DNA of 58,660 nt, filler included, from Sphacelaria rigidula (lineage: Eukaryota), in the NCBI GenBank assembly GCA_964200075.2. It is 8 parts of 8 records of this genome, joined end to end, with 100 filler letters (N's around TTAATTAATTAA, not from the genome) between each part and the next. Parts side by side here need not be neighbours in the genome. Positions count along the whole stretch, not along the records: positions 22,039 to 29,283 come from CAXNAA020015786.1; positions 29,384 to 36,628 come from CAXNAA020015787.1; positions 36,729 to 43,972 come from CAXNAA020015788.1; 5 more parts are not named here. The stretch is one strand, 5' to 3'. Shown here in pieces: positions 24,368 to 38,135 of the stretch. The notes beneath the pieces were generated by a model. The model worked only from the letters and a program-made list of their open reading frames with translations. It made no database searches and had not been told where the DNA came from. The stretch's first letter is position 1. The number at the start of each line of letters is the position of its first letter. Both the position numbers and the translations under genes were made by a program.

Positions 24368-27300
24368 TCTCCCCAAGGCAACACCAGATACGGGGTTGGG
24401 GCCGTGGAAGTCTCACTGCTGCTGCTGCGATCCGCACCTTCCCGAATCCAACAGCAGCCTGCGCCAATCACCTAGCAAAGATAACCTGAAGTAGTGCCCA
24501 TGTGAAACGTGGATAAACGGTCATCATGGTATCCTGGTCGCAAATAGTTGTGTGGACTAGAGGGGGCTGACAAGCCAACCGTGGAGTCATCACGTGACAA
24601 GGATTGCCACTGCAGCACGATGGCTGCAGGAGAGAGGGCATTCCATCGAAAACAAGCCTAGTGCCGATACCATGATTGCAGCGTAGTGGGACGACTGAAG
24701 CGAATGAAGCCTTATTGCAGCGCGTCGGGAAGACTGAAACAAAGGAAGAGGCGTTGAACTCTGAAAATGTACATGATCTAAAGTGCCAAGGTCGCTCGTA
24801 TGTTGTTCGCATCCACCAGAGTTTCTCATGTCGCGCCGCGCTGCTTTGTACACCTCGCATTGGGGGAACACACAGGCAGGACTGTCACTTCATGTCAGTG
24901 ATATCATATCCCCTAGCACCAACATTTCGTCGCCGGAAGCCCGTATCAGCCAGGCGATCATGTAGAGTTGGGCAGCATACGCCGATTCGTCGCGTGTTCG
25001 GCATACTGTCGCACGCTGTTGGGAGATATTACCCTATCTGTGTGGGTAGGCAAAGGGTGATCCACGCTGAATGTGGCGGGTGTGGACATTATCCAGGGGA
25101 TTGTGCATGATGCTGCGCCCGCCATACGGCCCTCGCCAGGCAGTATGATAACAGCAAGCGGTGCTCAGATCAATCGGTTTGGGCGTCACCTGTATCGAAA
25201 CGTGAGATACCTTTTGAACGGCGGAGGTATGCGAAAATGCACCCCTTAACAAAGTTGCTGTTGCTTCTGTTACTAACCCCTTGTCCGCAGAATGTAAGCA
25301 CTGATACCTGTATCTCTTTGACTGGGGGGAATGAAGTCAAAGTAGCTCGCGTAGCGTTGGGCTCGGAAATATTCTGATACAACATCTCAACACAGCAACA
25401 AGGATTCTAGCACATGCTTTCAACAAACGGCACAAGCCATTGGCATGACGTGAGACAGGGGATATAGATGGGCCATACGATGAATCTGCGGAGCTGTGCA
25501 TCTACAGGGGCTGGAGTAGCTGTGGCCCGTTCGTCCATTTCCCACGTGGTGCAGATGCGAAGCACAGGGCTTGGTGTATCGGCATCGGGACTGCTTCGGG
25601 GTCAGTCCTAGCGTGTGGGTGCGCGAAGCACAAACGATCTATCCGTGTCTTGGGCGCTCGGAATGACCACACTCTGGCGTAGCGTAATGATTTTGAGGGG
25701 AAACTCAGAAGAACATGCATCATGGGAACGCAAGCAATCGGTGCCTCTTCTATTTTGGGTACAATGCGAGCGACGCCCAAGGCTATGGAACATGGCCCGA
25801 AAGTGAGTGTATGAAGTTCTCAGGGCCAAAACACAAACTTCGTGGGTATCATCTATTGTAACACAAAAGTGAACGCCATAGCGCTTTGTGATCGTGGAGA
25901 ATTTTGTAGCGTACAACGGAACAATGTGCTGAACGCGGTATGTCGTGTCCACACCCTGGGCAATACAAAATATTTTCAGTACATATATATATTAGTCGAT
26001 CGAATTGGAACTTTGCGATATATTGCCGGCGTAATATATATAGATTGGTACCCTTGGATCGTACACGTATTGCGCGCCCAATATATATTATGTCATAGCA
26101 CTGCATACATGTTGCCCGCCCAATATATCTTGGTACCGTGGGGTTGAACACATTTCGTCCCGTCAATATATACTGGGGAAGTGTGGGTGAAGGCTTATTG
26201 CACGACCGATGTATATAAGGGTCTCATTGATGACAATATATTGACCGGTCAATATATATATATATATATTGGGCCCGAGTGGGTGTCAATGTATTGGCCG
26301 ATCAATATAGTTGTCGGATATTATGAATATGGCGTACACTACAAGAAAGATCCAGACGCAGTGGATGCTGGAGCCCGTGCAGATTGGGAAATATATATAT
26401 ATATATACACTTCAGAAAAAGTGGTGACAGAAGAGGCGACCCGGTGAACATGCTTTTTGATACCCATCTGGCCACTGGTACGGGGTCGCCTGTCCCCTTC
26501 ACAGCATGTCATATATCTTCGGTAAACATCACAACAACAGAACGGGCGGGTCGACATGCGCCTTTTGGTGCCCCTGTGGTCACCGAGGTTGTGTTGCTTA
26601 TACCCTGGGCAATACGATGTGTTCCAATATGATACCAATACTTTGTATTGGAGACAGCGCAAATACTGTCCTTTCAATACATACTGTGTTGAGATGCCCT
26701 CGGAGATATTGCAGCAACATATATATATTATATATACATATCTTGTCTTGATCATGAAGTAATGCATGACAATATATATTTGACATGTATTCGCTTCGGG
26801 AACAAATCATTCAATATATAGTGTGCATGCTGGCCGTGTATGTATTGAAGTGTCAAAATGTGTTGAGTTGAAGCGATGCGTAACATATTGTTGCCATAAT
26901 TTGCATTGAACGCAAACCATGCAAGAGCATCATTTTTCCAATATATACTGCGCATGCTCATTGCATAGCTACTGTGCAGCCAATATATACTGAACACGCT
27001 CGCGGAGGAATGTATTGAGCGTTTTCGGCATGTGGTGATACATCGTCTACGGGCGCCCGCAAACACGGAATTGCCCACCGTACTAATTCCGATACACTTT
27101 CCAATCTACGGGGCTACTGAGGTTTGGTTTGCAGCGCTCCTTGCCACACAACTGTACGTTGGACGTGAGGGCTGCTGTATGTTGTAGCCTCGTATGAGTG
27201 CTTTCCAGCAAGCAGCACCCACGATGGCGATGGATAGCGCCTTCGGGAGTAGTTCAAACTGCTCAATTCACCCGAGCATCACAACACCCATCTTCTCCTC

Positions 27301-28089
27301 TCCTTCGCTGCTACCGTGATGTAGTAGCGCTAGGGCCGCCCAAGAATCTCGCTTTCCTTCAGCTCGTTCGAATTGACGCCATATCGCGAGTTGTGCCAGT
27401 GACATGATCAGCGTTGGCCTACAAATGTTCATGAGTAAAACAATACTTGATTCGAGTGTACAACGAGAATCGGATCTCTTGTACGGCTGACATTCCCGCG
27501 TGCTCCTCGTGTGCGCAGAACGCGTTCCCGTCAAAACCGGCGCCACAGGAGCCGATTCGAGGTCTGCAGAGGCCGCACTTTGCCCAGGGAATGTGATGTG
27601 CCGCCCTTGTGCGAGGTTTCTCGGTTTGTGTTGGGTTGGGGTTGGAGGTTTAGGGGTGGGGGCGGCAATACTTGCAAAATGTGTCAACCATGTACACTTG
27701 TAGCCCAACCCCGGTTGACTAGCCCACTACTATGACACCTCGTGGTAATCGGCCAACTCAGTGCTCGTCTTCGAATCCACGTTGCACTCCGATCCGACAA
27801 GGTTTAATCCAACGAAATGCCAAACTGTACATTACTCCTGCCTTTCTTTGCAGCTTTTAGTCACTAGACATATTTGGTAGACACTACCCGAGCTTCTTGC
27901 TGGCCGTTTGGGATTGCCGTGCACGTGGCCCGTTTGTGTTTTCGTCGGGGGCACGTGTACTGTAGCGCTGAACGCTATTTGTGCTATGCTCCTGTTTGTA
28001 TATGCGTGAACGCCAATACTGTATCCGTGCTTGAACCAACCATCGCTGATGCGACGACCGACCGTTTGTGACGGAAGAGCCTAGCTTGA

Positions 28090-28690
28090 CCGTGACACCA
28101 GCCCCGAGATCGGAACAGTACGGTGTGTCCCTCAACCTCCCGCACGACAAAAGACCGACGCATTGTGAGTTGTGAGTCCAGTTATCGTGTCGATGCGGAG
28201 AGGCTCGGGAACCACTTCCGGGGAGAAAGGGGCGTGGTTGTTGTGGGGACCGTGAACGGCAAATGAGCGGGAAAAGAGCCGGATGATTGGGTGTCATGGT
28301 TGGAATTGGCGCGTAGACTCCCCGGTACAGTGTAGAGAGCGATGGGCTAGAAGAGGTATGTTCTCGGCCGATCGGTGGCCCGGATAAGGTACGATCAAAA
28401 AACGAATTCCCAAATCAACTATACGTCGCCGAAATGTGGCCTTCAAAAGGTAAGTAGTTTCTGGAGGCGACACATCCGTTCTCGCGTGCCCATATCTCTC
28501 GAGTAACATGTTTTTTATCCGTTTGGTTTCAAGTCCCGGGTGCCAACGCCCCCCCCCGAATGATGGGCGTGAAAAATCCGGAGCAAAAACGGTCAAAATG
28601 GCGTGTTTGACTGTTTTCGCGTTTCTGGCCATTTTGCGTCCCTTTCTTAGGCAAAAAACGAGACGGCATACCTTTTCAAGACCATTGCAC
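28090..28690 (+). repeat. Solo diverged copy of the long-TIR arm family (homologous to 9783..10397)
   Basis: gacaccagcccc.agatcg, aaagaccgacgcattgtgagtt, gcgggaaaagagcc, catggttgga.ttggcgcgtaga, terminal cattgc. Confidence 0.8.
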
Positions 28691-29283
28691 TATATATGTT
28701 GCTACACCGATATGTGTTGCGATCGTCGGCTTCCTCGTGTATTGTCCGCCCAAACAGATAGTGGACGCATTGACGCACGACATATTGGGGCAGCAATATT
28801 TATTGGCGATTCGGGTGTTGAGTATATTGAATCATTAATATATGTGTACCTCGTGTGGCAGCCAATATGTTACTCGACAAATATATATTGGCGCCGCGCC
28901 GCACAAACATATTACTCGACCAATATATATTGAGGTGGCGCGTATCGTCATACATTGCTCGGTCGATATAAATATTGCATGTCGCGAGACTCGACATATT
29001 GATGGCACAATATATATTGACCCTCTCTCGTGCCATCATATTGCTCGCCCAATATATATTGACCACTCGACGCGTCGACATCGAGAAACACGGCGGAAAA
29101 ATACTCCGCCAAAGTACTCCTGTCTGAAACTCCTGTCTGAAGTTTCCAATGATCTTCAACAGGCTTTAGTAGTTCAGGATCGACACCCCGCGAGAAAAGG
29201 GCCAGTTTGAGCGACTTTCGGTGGCCAGAACACGCCACAGGTATCAGATGACACCCAAACCTGAACGGTAATGTACTGCTGAG

Positions 29284-29383
29284 NNNNNNNNNNNNNNNNN
29301 NNNNNNNNNNNNNNNNNNNNNNNNNNNTTAATTAATTAANNNNNNNNNNNNNNNNNNNNNNNNNNNNNNNNNNNNNNNNNNNN
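29284..29383. other. Artificial contig linker
   Basis: 44N-TTAATTAATTAA-44N. Confidence 0.98.
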
Positions 29384-29397
29384 TTTTTAATGTGAAG

Positions 29398-29436
29398 ACA
29401 ACAACAACGACAACAACAACAACAACAACAACAACA
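29398..29436. repeat. (CAA)n microsatellite
   Basis: Direct reading. Confidence 0.9.
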
Positions 29437-29518
29437 GTTTCTGTCGGATATGGGATCTTTGCACTCTCATCTGTACGATCAGAGTTGGACGTCGGGATCC
29501 AAATCTTTTTTGCTTACT

Positions 29519-29729
29519 AGAGGTATCTCCAACTCGGCTCCCGGTATCCTTGTTTGTTTTGTTCTATTTTTTCAAGTGAAAGTGATGCCGATTCATCAGG
29601 TGATGTGACCCTTTGACCGCTAGGTCAGGCCCTCTCATGAATCGCGATCACTTTCACTTGAAAAAATAGTGCACAACTCAGAGCCAGCGAGTAAACCAGG
29701 ATCACCGGAGCCGAGTTTGAGATACCTCT
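29519..29729. mobile_element. AGAGGTATCTC-ended MITE with ACT TSD (long variant)
   Basis: act|agaggtatctccaactcggctcccggt..accggagccgagtttgagatacctct|act. Confidence 0.8.
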
Positions 29730-29973
29730 ACTACGTAGGTTCCTTCGAGTCATCTTTCGTGCACTTGCATTTTGCATCAGCGCCCGCATGGGCATAGTTG
29801 GAACAAAAAGAAAGCGGTGTGCACATCAGGATGTTTGCTACAATAGTCATAGCCTTTCGCGTGGTTTTGTGCCAATGCTCGTGAATATTTCAGTCACTGT
29901 TAGCGTTGTTTTGTTTTTTCTTCCGCATGCTTTCTTCGGATTCTGCAGCCCCCACGCCGTTATCGAATAACGG

Positions 29974-30208
29974 TTCTTGGAGGGCGACAGTAAATCATCC
30001 GTTGAATCGACATCAATTTCACTTGAAAAAAGTATGCATGATCCAGGTAAGACTACCCTCGCGGTCTAAGGGTTAACCCTTAGACCGCGAGGGTAGTGTA
30101 TCTGGATAAACCTTAGACCGCGAGGGAAGTCTTACCTGGATCATGCACACTTTTTTCAAGTGAAATTGATGTCGATTCAGCAGATGACCTACTCTCGCTG
30201 TCTAAGGG
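29974..30208. mobile_element. Train of piggyBac-like MITEs (minus unit, partial unit, plus unit)
   Basis: ..cgcggtctaaggg|ttaa|cccttagaccgcgagggtag..; full unit about 30110-30208. Confidence 0.8.
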
Positions 30209-33200
30209 TTCAACGACATCTCCACAAAAACGTCTCTGAGCAAAACCTTCACCTCCTTCGCATGTACCCGCGCTGTCATCGCGCACTACGCCGCGCCTCG
30301 CCTTTCTACTCTCACGCGCACACAAGTCCGACGGCTTCATTGCCAGCGTAGAACATGTGTGGTATTCCTGAGGTGCCAGAGTGCCAAGTAGCTCTCGTGC
30401 TCCACGGGAGCAACTTCCCGAAATATTTCCATGCGTGGACCACACGGATACACGTCGGTTGGGAAAATGATCATTCGAACTGAGGCCGACGGCAAAGTGC
30501 CAAGAAGCTCTCATGCCAAAAATACATTATAACGGGAGCAACTCCCCAAAGTATCGGAATGCGTCGAAGCAGTTTATTTTGCTGATGATGTCAATAGGAA
30601 GCCTCATGCACCGGGTGCATTATCGCGGGAAGTTGTAGGCCTGCCACGGCCAGTTAAGACCAGGTATCATTTATGTAATCAATTCACTCATATTTGCCCA
30701 CTTACATACATATAACACACACTGCCGAACACCTAACACTTACCTAACTGAATCAAGTGGGGCGGGAAATCGTTCATACAAAATCACACGTCATGATTCC
30801 ATATTTTCGGCACGCGAAAAGGCGTGTGCCCCCAGAAGATTTGTACTGCAAGCACCACGTCGGGTATACCTCAAATAACGGGACTAGTCTCTTATTCGCA
30901 CGTCCCCTGTATGTCATGACCCAATCTTGATAACCATTCCCCCTGTATCCAGGCAGATCCTGGAGCGTAAGTATAATCGATTAGCCTCCCTGCTTACGGC
31001 TCGAGGACTGATAGTTTATCCTGAGTACATAGTGCCTCATTCTAAAATCGGGAAAATATTTCATGTTCTTTCAGATATGAATCCAACACTATATTACCAA
31101 GAACTGAAAAAGAAAACCTGATCCCGTCAGGAAAACACCTTTCCAGCCACGCACAGACGTCGCAAACTCGCCTACTTTAGCAATCGAAAGCTCAAATCCT
31201 GAATATCATCAGTTCTTCGTAGCCTTTCCATGCTGTGGTGAGCCGAACTCTCCGAGGCGTTTTGGTTTTGTACGGAACTAGTTCTAGTTTGAAGATATGA
31301 ACTTGTGTACGGGTAAATCGGGATAAAACATGATCAACGAACACTTGTCCCGAGTTCAAAGATGGAATTGATCTATTTCAAGACTTAGCAAGTATAAATC
31401 GGATCTCGGGCAAAAGGGGAGTTGGTATGTCCGATGTTGGAGTGTTAAAAGTAAGAAAAAACTTGTAATCCGGATCGGAAGGTCAGAGCAGTAAGAGGAT
31501 GTTGAAGGCTAGATTCAAGGAATGTGGTGTGTTGTGGACTAGTGTTGGACTACAGACGAGGAAAGCTGAATGTTGAATGTACTTTGAAACTGAAAAGTGA
31601 GTTCTTTTAGAATAACATCACAGGTTAGGTGGTCAAGTACAACAGAAGGGATGAGGAAGTACCGAGTTGAGGGCCGAAGGGTTTTCGGCACTCAACCCCC
31701 GCGAGCTTCACTCCTTTTTTCACCTTGTTTTCTTGGTTGACGGTCTTGGTTTTGGGTGCTATTTCAAGAGCAGTTACTGGTGCTGATTTGTGTGAGGGAA
31801 TACAGATTCTAGTACAAATAACGAAAGAAAGAAGCATAAAACCACATCTTTGTGTTTTGGACTCAACGGGTCCTCCTCTCATCTTGGCTTTGACTGAACA
31901 CTACATCTAGCTCCCATAAAACGGTTGAACCTACATTTGGAAAGGTGAGCGACAGCTTCTCTCACGACAATGCTCCATTTCAACAATTGTTTGCGTCAGT
32001 CAGAATAAACCAAATAGATATGTGTGTATCAGTCTCAATCATCACCAGTTTCCAAATCTTCCTTGGAACAACCAAAAATCACACATGAATACACAGTGAA
32101 CACCCTTTTCATACTCCTCAGTTACCATGATGACATTCGAGAAACACACGCAACCTTCCAATACTGGAATATGCCAAAAACGCACTATGCTCATGGTAAC
32201 AAGATGCTGTCGTCTATGTGAAATTCGATTCACCATACCGTCTACAACACGGTATACATCAGGCAAGTGTCTACAGTCAACATGTATGTCCAGTGACCGA
32301 GACATCATTCCACTGAACAATAACATGACTCCTCGAGATAGTATGCAAAATAAACACTGCAAAATGAAAACTTGCAGTAGTGGTGTGTGTACCACTTCCC
32401 CTCGAGTTCGAGAACAAAATTCCAATTCAAATCGAATCAATTCAAGTTCAAATCGCTCAAACTAGAGGTATGCTCAAATACAAAAATATATAGATTTCCC
32501 ATCCTTCCAACATAAAAACAAGACCTGCTTCTGTTTGTACCACTCTGTATCCTAGAAAAACATCATTAGCCGCCCTGATGTCGACCATCTATCAACTGCC
32601 TAGAATAGTTGATATTACCCACATCAGTGAAAACTTGAAAGCTTGGAACTTTTCATGTCAGAACACGAAAAAATCTCTTTCGCACCTCGTTCACTTCATA
32701 GACCCTAGAAAACCCAGAGAAAATGTATGTACCAGTACACTCATGCATTTCACAACGACTTGTACTGCTTATACCCTACCAGGGAGAAACTCAGAACATA
32801 AAACCAAACTCTCTAAGCACGAAAAACAATGTGACCAAAATTAGGGGTTGATAAGTCCACTTAATTTCGAATTACTGATCTTTGATGCAACTTTCGCTCG
32901 TCATCCGGTCCGATAAATTCCCGAAATCGTCAAACTCATCGTCCCACTCATAGAATATTTTCTCTTTCACGAAAAAGCAATCCCTGTATACCAACGTCCA
33001 AGTGCATGCAAAGACGTCAAATTAGGAGTTACTCTGCATAAAAGGACTATCACCCGAATATCAGGACGGATATTACTCCTTGAATAAACGCCACACCCTG
33101 GAGAGAACATAACATAAATTACTCCGTATTGAAACCCCGCCCCCCCGATTCAATATTACCTTTTGATTTGCAGGGAGTATTGCTTCCAGGTAGTACATGA

Positions 33201-34251
33201 AAACGTAACACATCGATGATCCCAGAGTCAATTATCGTGAGTATCCTGGAGCATAGTCAGCCCCACATGTTGAACGGCGGTTGGATTGTCAACTGTTTAG
33301 TGACACCCAAGACTAAAAACCGTGCAACTCTCGGAAGTATACTCGAGGTTGAATCCACGCCATGCGCTTTCCGCAACTGAAAATGTCCAACCCAAAATCC
33401 ATAGCCCGTGAATCACTTTGTCAAAAACGTTTTAGCGCGGATCGCAAAATATCAAATTCCCTCTCGAAATCCATGACCGACGGATCAAAATGTTCAAAAT
33501 ACTCCGTCGTGGATCATCCCATCACATAATGTTTCTCCCAAAATAATCCGCTATGGAGAACCCCATCACGTGAGTCTTCTTCGTTTTGAATTACCCGAAA
33601 AGAAAATCATGGAAGTAAATATTCAATTCCCCCCCCATCATTTTCTTTCTCGATAATTCCAAAATCATCGCAATCATGTGGAGGATCAAGTTGAAGAAAT
33701 CATAACCAAACTACGGTAGTACTTCGTAGGGCGTAGGGAACAAAAACTAGAACAATCGAACAAAAACTGCAACCACGGGACGTTTCACATGGTTGGCATG
33801 TCACGCTGCTGCGAACAACGGGACGAAAATATTCCGAATCAAATCCAAACTCCCAAAGAAATCAAGTGGTACAAACCTGAATGCCAAAGCGTGTTTGGTT
33901 CCTGCCCTGGCTCCTGCTCAGTCCCCCAAGCGGCTGTGTTGTCGTCGTCCAGGCCGCGGTCGCTGTTTTCGGTTTGGTTCTTGCAGTGTCACGGTCCGGG
34001 CTTCGTCATTTTTGTGCACATCCGCCTGGGTTCGAAAACAGTTGCCTCGCCATAGAGAGTGGCTCGCAGCACCGGGGGCAGGGCACGCGTGCGGTAGAAA
34101 ATAATCGCAGAAATAAGTCGTCCGTTGTATTTCATGCAAAAAAACGAACAATATTCGAAAACATCGTAAGTGCGTCATATCAAAGATGAAATTTCTCCAC
34201 TATTAACCCATGCGTCTTTCGTCGCAACGCTGTCAAAAACAATTCACAGTA

Positions 34252-34503
34252 TCATGCCGTGGACACACAAAATCTGCCCTGACAGTCGACGAGCGGACCC
34301 CCAGCAGGGGAAGGGACTGCGCTTAACTTCCCTCGCGAAACAAATATATACGCAAGCATCCCATGAGGTGGAGTACCGAAGAAAAACAAGGAACAAAAAC
34401 AAATCCTGTGTTGATCCTCCTCCTGTCAGACTCCAGCTGGTGCGCCCACATATACCGAAAGGTGTAGACTGACGTCCAGAATGGATGGGACAACTCACAC
34501 ACG
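34252..34503 (+). mobile_element. 5'-truncated diverged SINE
   Basis: acacaaaat, gggaagggactgc, gcgcccacatataccgaaagg, gtccagaat.gatgggac and CA tail match the other SINE copies. Confidence 0.7.
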
Positions 34504-36628
34504 CAATGCTACTTATATTTTGCTGGCTCGCCAGAACTAAATCAATTCAACTGCACTCAATGTAGATCACACAAGTTCGTCAAGCTATACTATACTGTGG
34601 ACCAATAATTTTGATCAACCGGGGGGAAAACACGGAAATTTCGAACAGTACATTCTTACTCAACGTGTTTCCTCTACATGTTTGTATGCGGGGAACCATG
34701 CACGCTCTATAACCAGTATATGCACGAGGTTTCCCAAAGTATACCTGTGAATCCAAGATTGATCACGCCCGGGGGGTAGGTGAGCATGCTCAACAAACAA
34801 ATTGACAAATTCCACAAACGAAAATCAATAGTATGTCTTTGGTCCGCATTTGCCCGCAGCACAAGAAACGTAAACGTACCAACATTGCAGTACATGATAC
34901 TTCAATTATACGCCAGTACACATATACGCCAGTACACAGCAGACTGTGATGCAGTGCGGTCTACAAGTAGTGATCAGCCTGGAGTAGAGCACATAGAATC
35001 AGTCGACATGAGAGAATGCTACGTGGAATCATTCATAACTATACTTCGCAATTCCGTTTCTGTTGGCAATCGGCGTGCTCAACGTGCTTGATCAGCTTCC
35101 AATGTCTGACAGCACAAAAACAACCGCATCTCATATCACCCCCCAATGTGATTTTGCCCTCCTGTACTGTACATCGCGGTCAGTTGAATATCTGACTTTC
35201 AATCCATACAGTTTGGAGTCATGGGACGCAACATCTCTCGTCGAAGTCATGGGAAAAAAAACAAAATCAAACTCAACAATCAAACCATATACCACAAAAT
35301 GCAGTGTCTTCAGAATGCCGTGAGCATATCCGGGATAACCACAAGAAATCAGAGACCTATCATTGAAACGATTATCCTACCCTGCAATAACTATATCATG
35401 AACAAATAGTTAGCTCTTTTCCGGGTGTCCGATTTGTTTTAGGTCATTGGTAGAAAACAAGCAAGCCCGCCGAGGCATTTTATCACTCCGATAACCAAGT
35501 TCATGCTAATCACTCATCCCAGTCAATCAGCAAAAGCCAGCAACGTATAGCCGGTTTCGTCGCGGGAATGGTAGTTTCCCGCGAAACCATACGTTGATGA
35601 GAAAAAATACACATAGAATGATACGGACATTTCAATCCGTTTGACGTGATTTAATTGTCGGTACATGTTTTTGAGAACAACGACTTGCTTGGGACGTCTG
35701 GTTGATGATCCAGTCCTACAGCATTTCTTTTTCTTTTTCTCACACGACGATACGAAAACAACTGACCGGTTTGTGAGGTCAGGTGTTCGTACACGTCAAA
35801 AGAAACAAAGTGAACGATACACAACCTTCGGTCCTACTACGTATTTAATCAAACAATGTAGCATGACCCATCAGGTACCAAGCATGACAAAGTATGACAA
35901 ATGGAACCCAGTCGACTGGAACATGACCAATAAACCTGTAACATCCCCCTAGCTATATTTATATGGCTACACACAAATTTATTGGAGGGCTGGAAGGGCC
36001 AGAACAAAAACAAGGCCTGTGCATCATACGCCTGAAAGTAAAACGAGGAGAACCTGCTGAATAACAGTACAGGGGAAAACTCGTTGCAGATCTAATGAAT
36101 GGGTAAACCCTGATAAGCAGGGGAAAAATCCATCCGTTAGGAAAGGAAAAAAATCTATAACGCCCTTTCCAACGACAGAAACAGCAGACAAGTACGGTCG
36201 CTGTCGGTTTCCCGGGATCTCAGTTAGAGTGGAAAACGATCGGCTAGTTAGCGTGATCGCGCGTCGACACACTGGATCAGTTACACTGGATTCTAGGGTA
36301 GTGCGGGGCTTGGACCTCGCAAAAAACAACCTTTCCGCGAACTGATCAATAGTTACAGGTGTGCAGCTGTTGAGGGGTGCTCTTCTGTAACTACCGATAC
36401 CTATTCTACTGGAAATAGAGCCTACGCGCCTTGGCTCACACATGCGCCCGTATATCACCAAATGGGAAGGAATCGATGACAAAGCGGCACAAGAAAAAGA
36501 CAAGGAACACTCGAAATTCATGACTGAAGCGTACGGTAGCAGCAATATATAGTTACATATTCCATTATATCACTACCGTATTCCTCTCGCAATGATATCG
36601 TGTAACCCATCACACAACAGACATTCGT

Positions 36629-36728
36629 NNNNNNNNNNNNNNNNNNNNNNNNNNNNNNNNNNNNNNNNNNNNTTAATTAATTAANNNNNNNNNNNNNNNN
36701 NNNNNNNNNNNNNNNNNNNNNNNNNNNN
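36629..36728. other. Artificial contig linker
   Basis: 44N-TTAATTAATTAA-44N. Confidence 0.98.
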
Positions 36729-38135
36729 AGGGCGTACTCATTTCTTGCTTGCCTTAGTCATTTGACCATTGACCACGCATCCCTTTCGAGACGGAGCATG
36801 GGGAGGGGCGGGGCGGGATGGTAATGTCCTTTTTCGTTCAACTGATATGCTGCGCTATATCGCTGTTGAAAGCAGCAACTTGTATTCAAATGCGCTTGAT
36901 ACAAAAAACACAGTGCTTCATACTGGTTGGCACCCCAGTCATCCGAATAAAAAACGCATCCCGTATATTATAATATAGGTGGGTTCTCTGGCACACCTGA
37001 CTGTAAGCTCCTGTTTTTCGGGCGATCAACTGCACCCCCTCACTCCTTCCCTCTGTCACAGAATCACTCTTCTTTGAATCCGCTGAATTCAGCAGGAGAT
37101 AAATCGTGTTCGGTGGACCTTTTGCTACTTTCGGCGTACATTCGATGTAAAATATGTTCCGACATTCCAGGTGGTGATCCCTCAAACTCAGCCGTGCGCC
37201 GGTGATGAAGGAGAAGAATTCATGGCGATCAGCCAGGCTAGCCGTCAATCAATCGTGGTGACACCCGGGTTTCATCCATACCCGCGATTGCCGAGCTACT
37301 GCAAGACAGAAAATATAATGAACCGCCCACTCAAAGGTAATCCATGCCAAAAAGGTTTCACGAGGACGTGTCGCACGATACTAAGAAAAGACTCTCGTCC
37401 GAAGTTGACGGAAAAAAATACTCTTGTCATTGATCGGATTGAGACCTCGATGTCCCCCCCGCAGTAAAGTGGCGGGGTTGAACAGGCGACATTCAAATGC
37501 GAATCAAAATGAGAGTTGCGGAGTGCACGGAGCACCGAGAAAACTGCCACGGTAGTCACAACATCCGCCGATGTCACCCATGAGGCACTTCATGCTGTTT
37601 GAAACCAGCTGGCGTGCACTGCACAACCATTGTTTTGTGTGATGGTTTTGGAGGCTGCTGTGGGGGTCGGCTGTCGCGGTATGACTCATGGAAGGCATAT
37701 ACATAATGTTTCGAGTTCAAATGGCTTCAGCTTCCTACGTTTATTTTCCTCGTGATCTTCGGTCACTTATTTTGCATCGGTGATGTGTTGGTTGAAAACA
37801 GAACTCGTGAAGTTTGGAAATTTGAGCTGTGCAAACCCGGTCGACAGGAAGAAAACGGCCGTCGCCTGGGCCAGGTTGTGCAGCGATTCCGAGCGGGGCA
37901 TGCACTAGACATGGACCAAGCTCACCGACGGTCAAGTAGACGATTTCAAATTTTATCACAGACCGTTATTCCCACCTCGCGCACGCACGACTCTGAAGCA
38001 CATATCTTCACCGTACAAGACATCCGGACACGATCTTGCAACGTAACAGCACAAGTACGGTAGCATTGGACCTTCCAAGTGCAAACCTCGAGAAGCATAT
38101 TTGTGCCAGCGGTAACAGGAGCTCCTAGCAAAAAG

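Noticed and set aside
30830-33760. Decayed retroelement or viral coding region on the minus strand
   Set aside because: Coding-like fragments with many stops but no motif I can identify; needs BLASTx
36024-36545. 173-aa ORF as a gene
   Set aside because: No recognisable domain or convincing splice context
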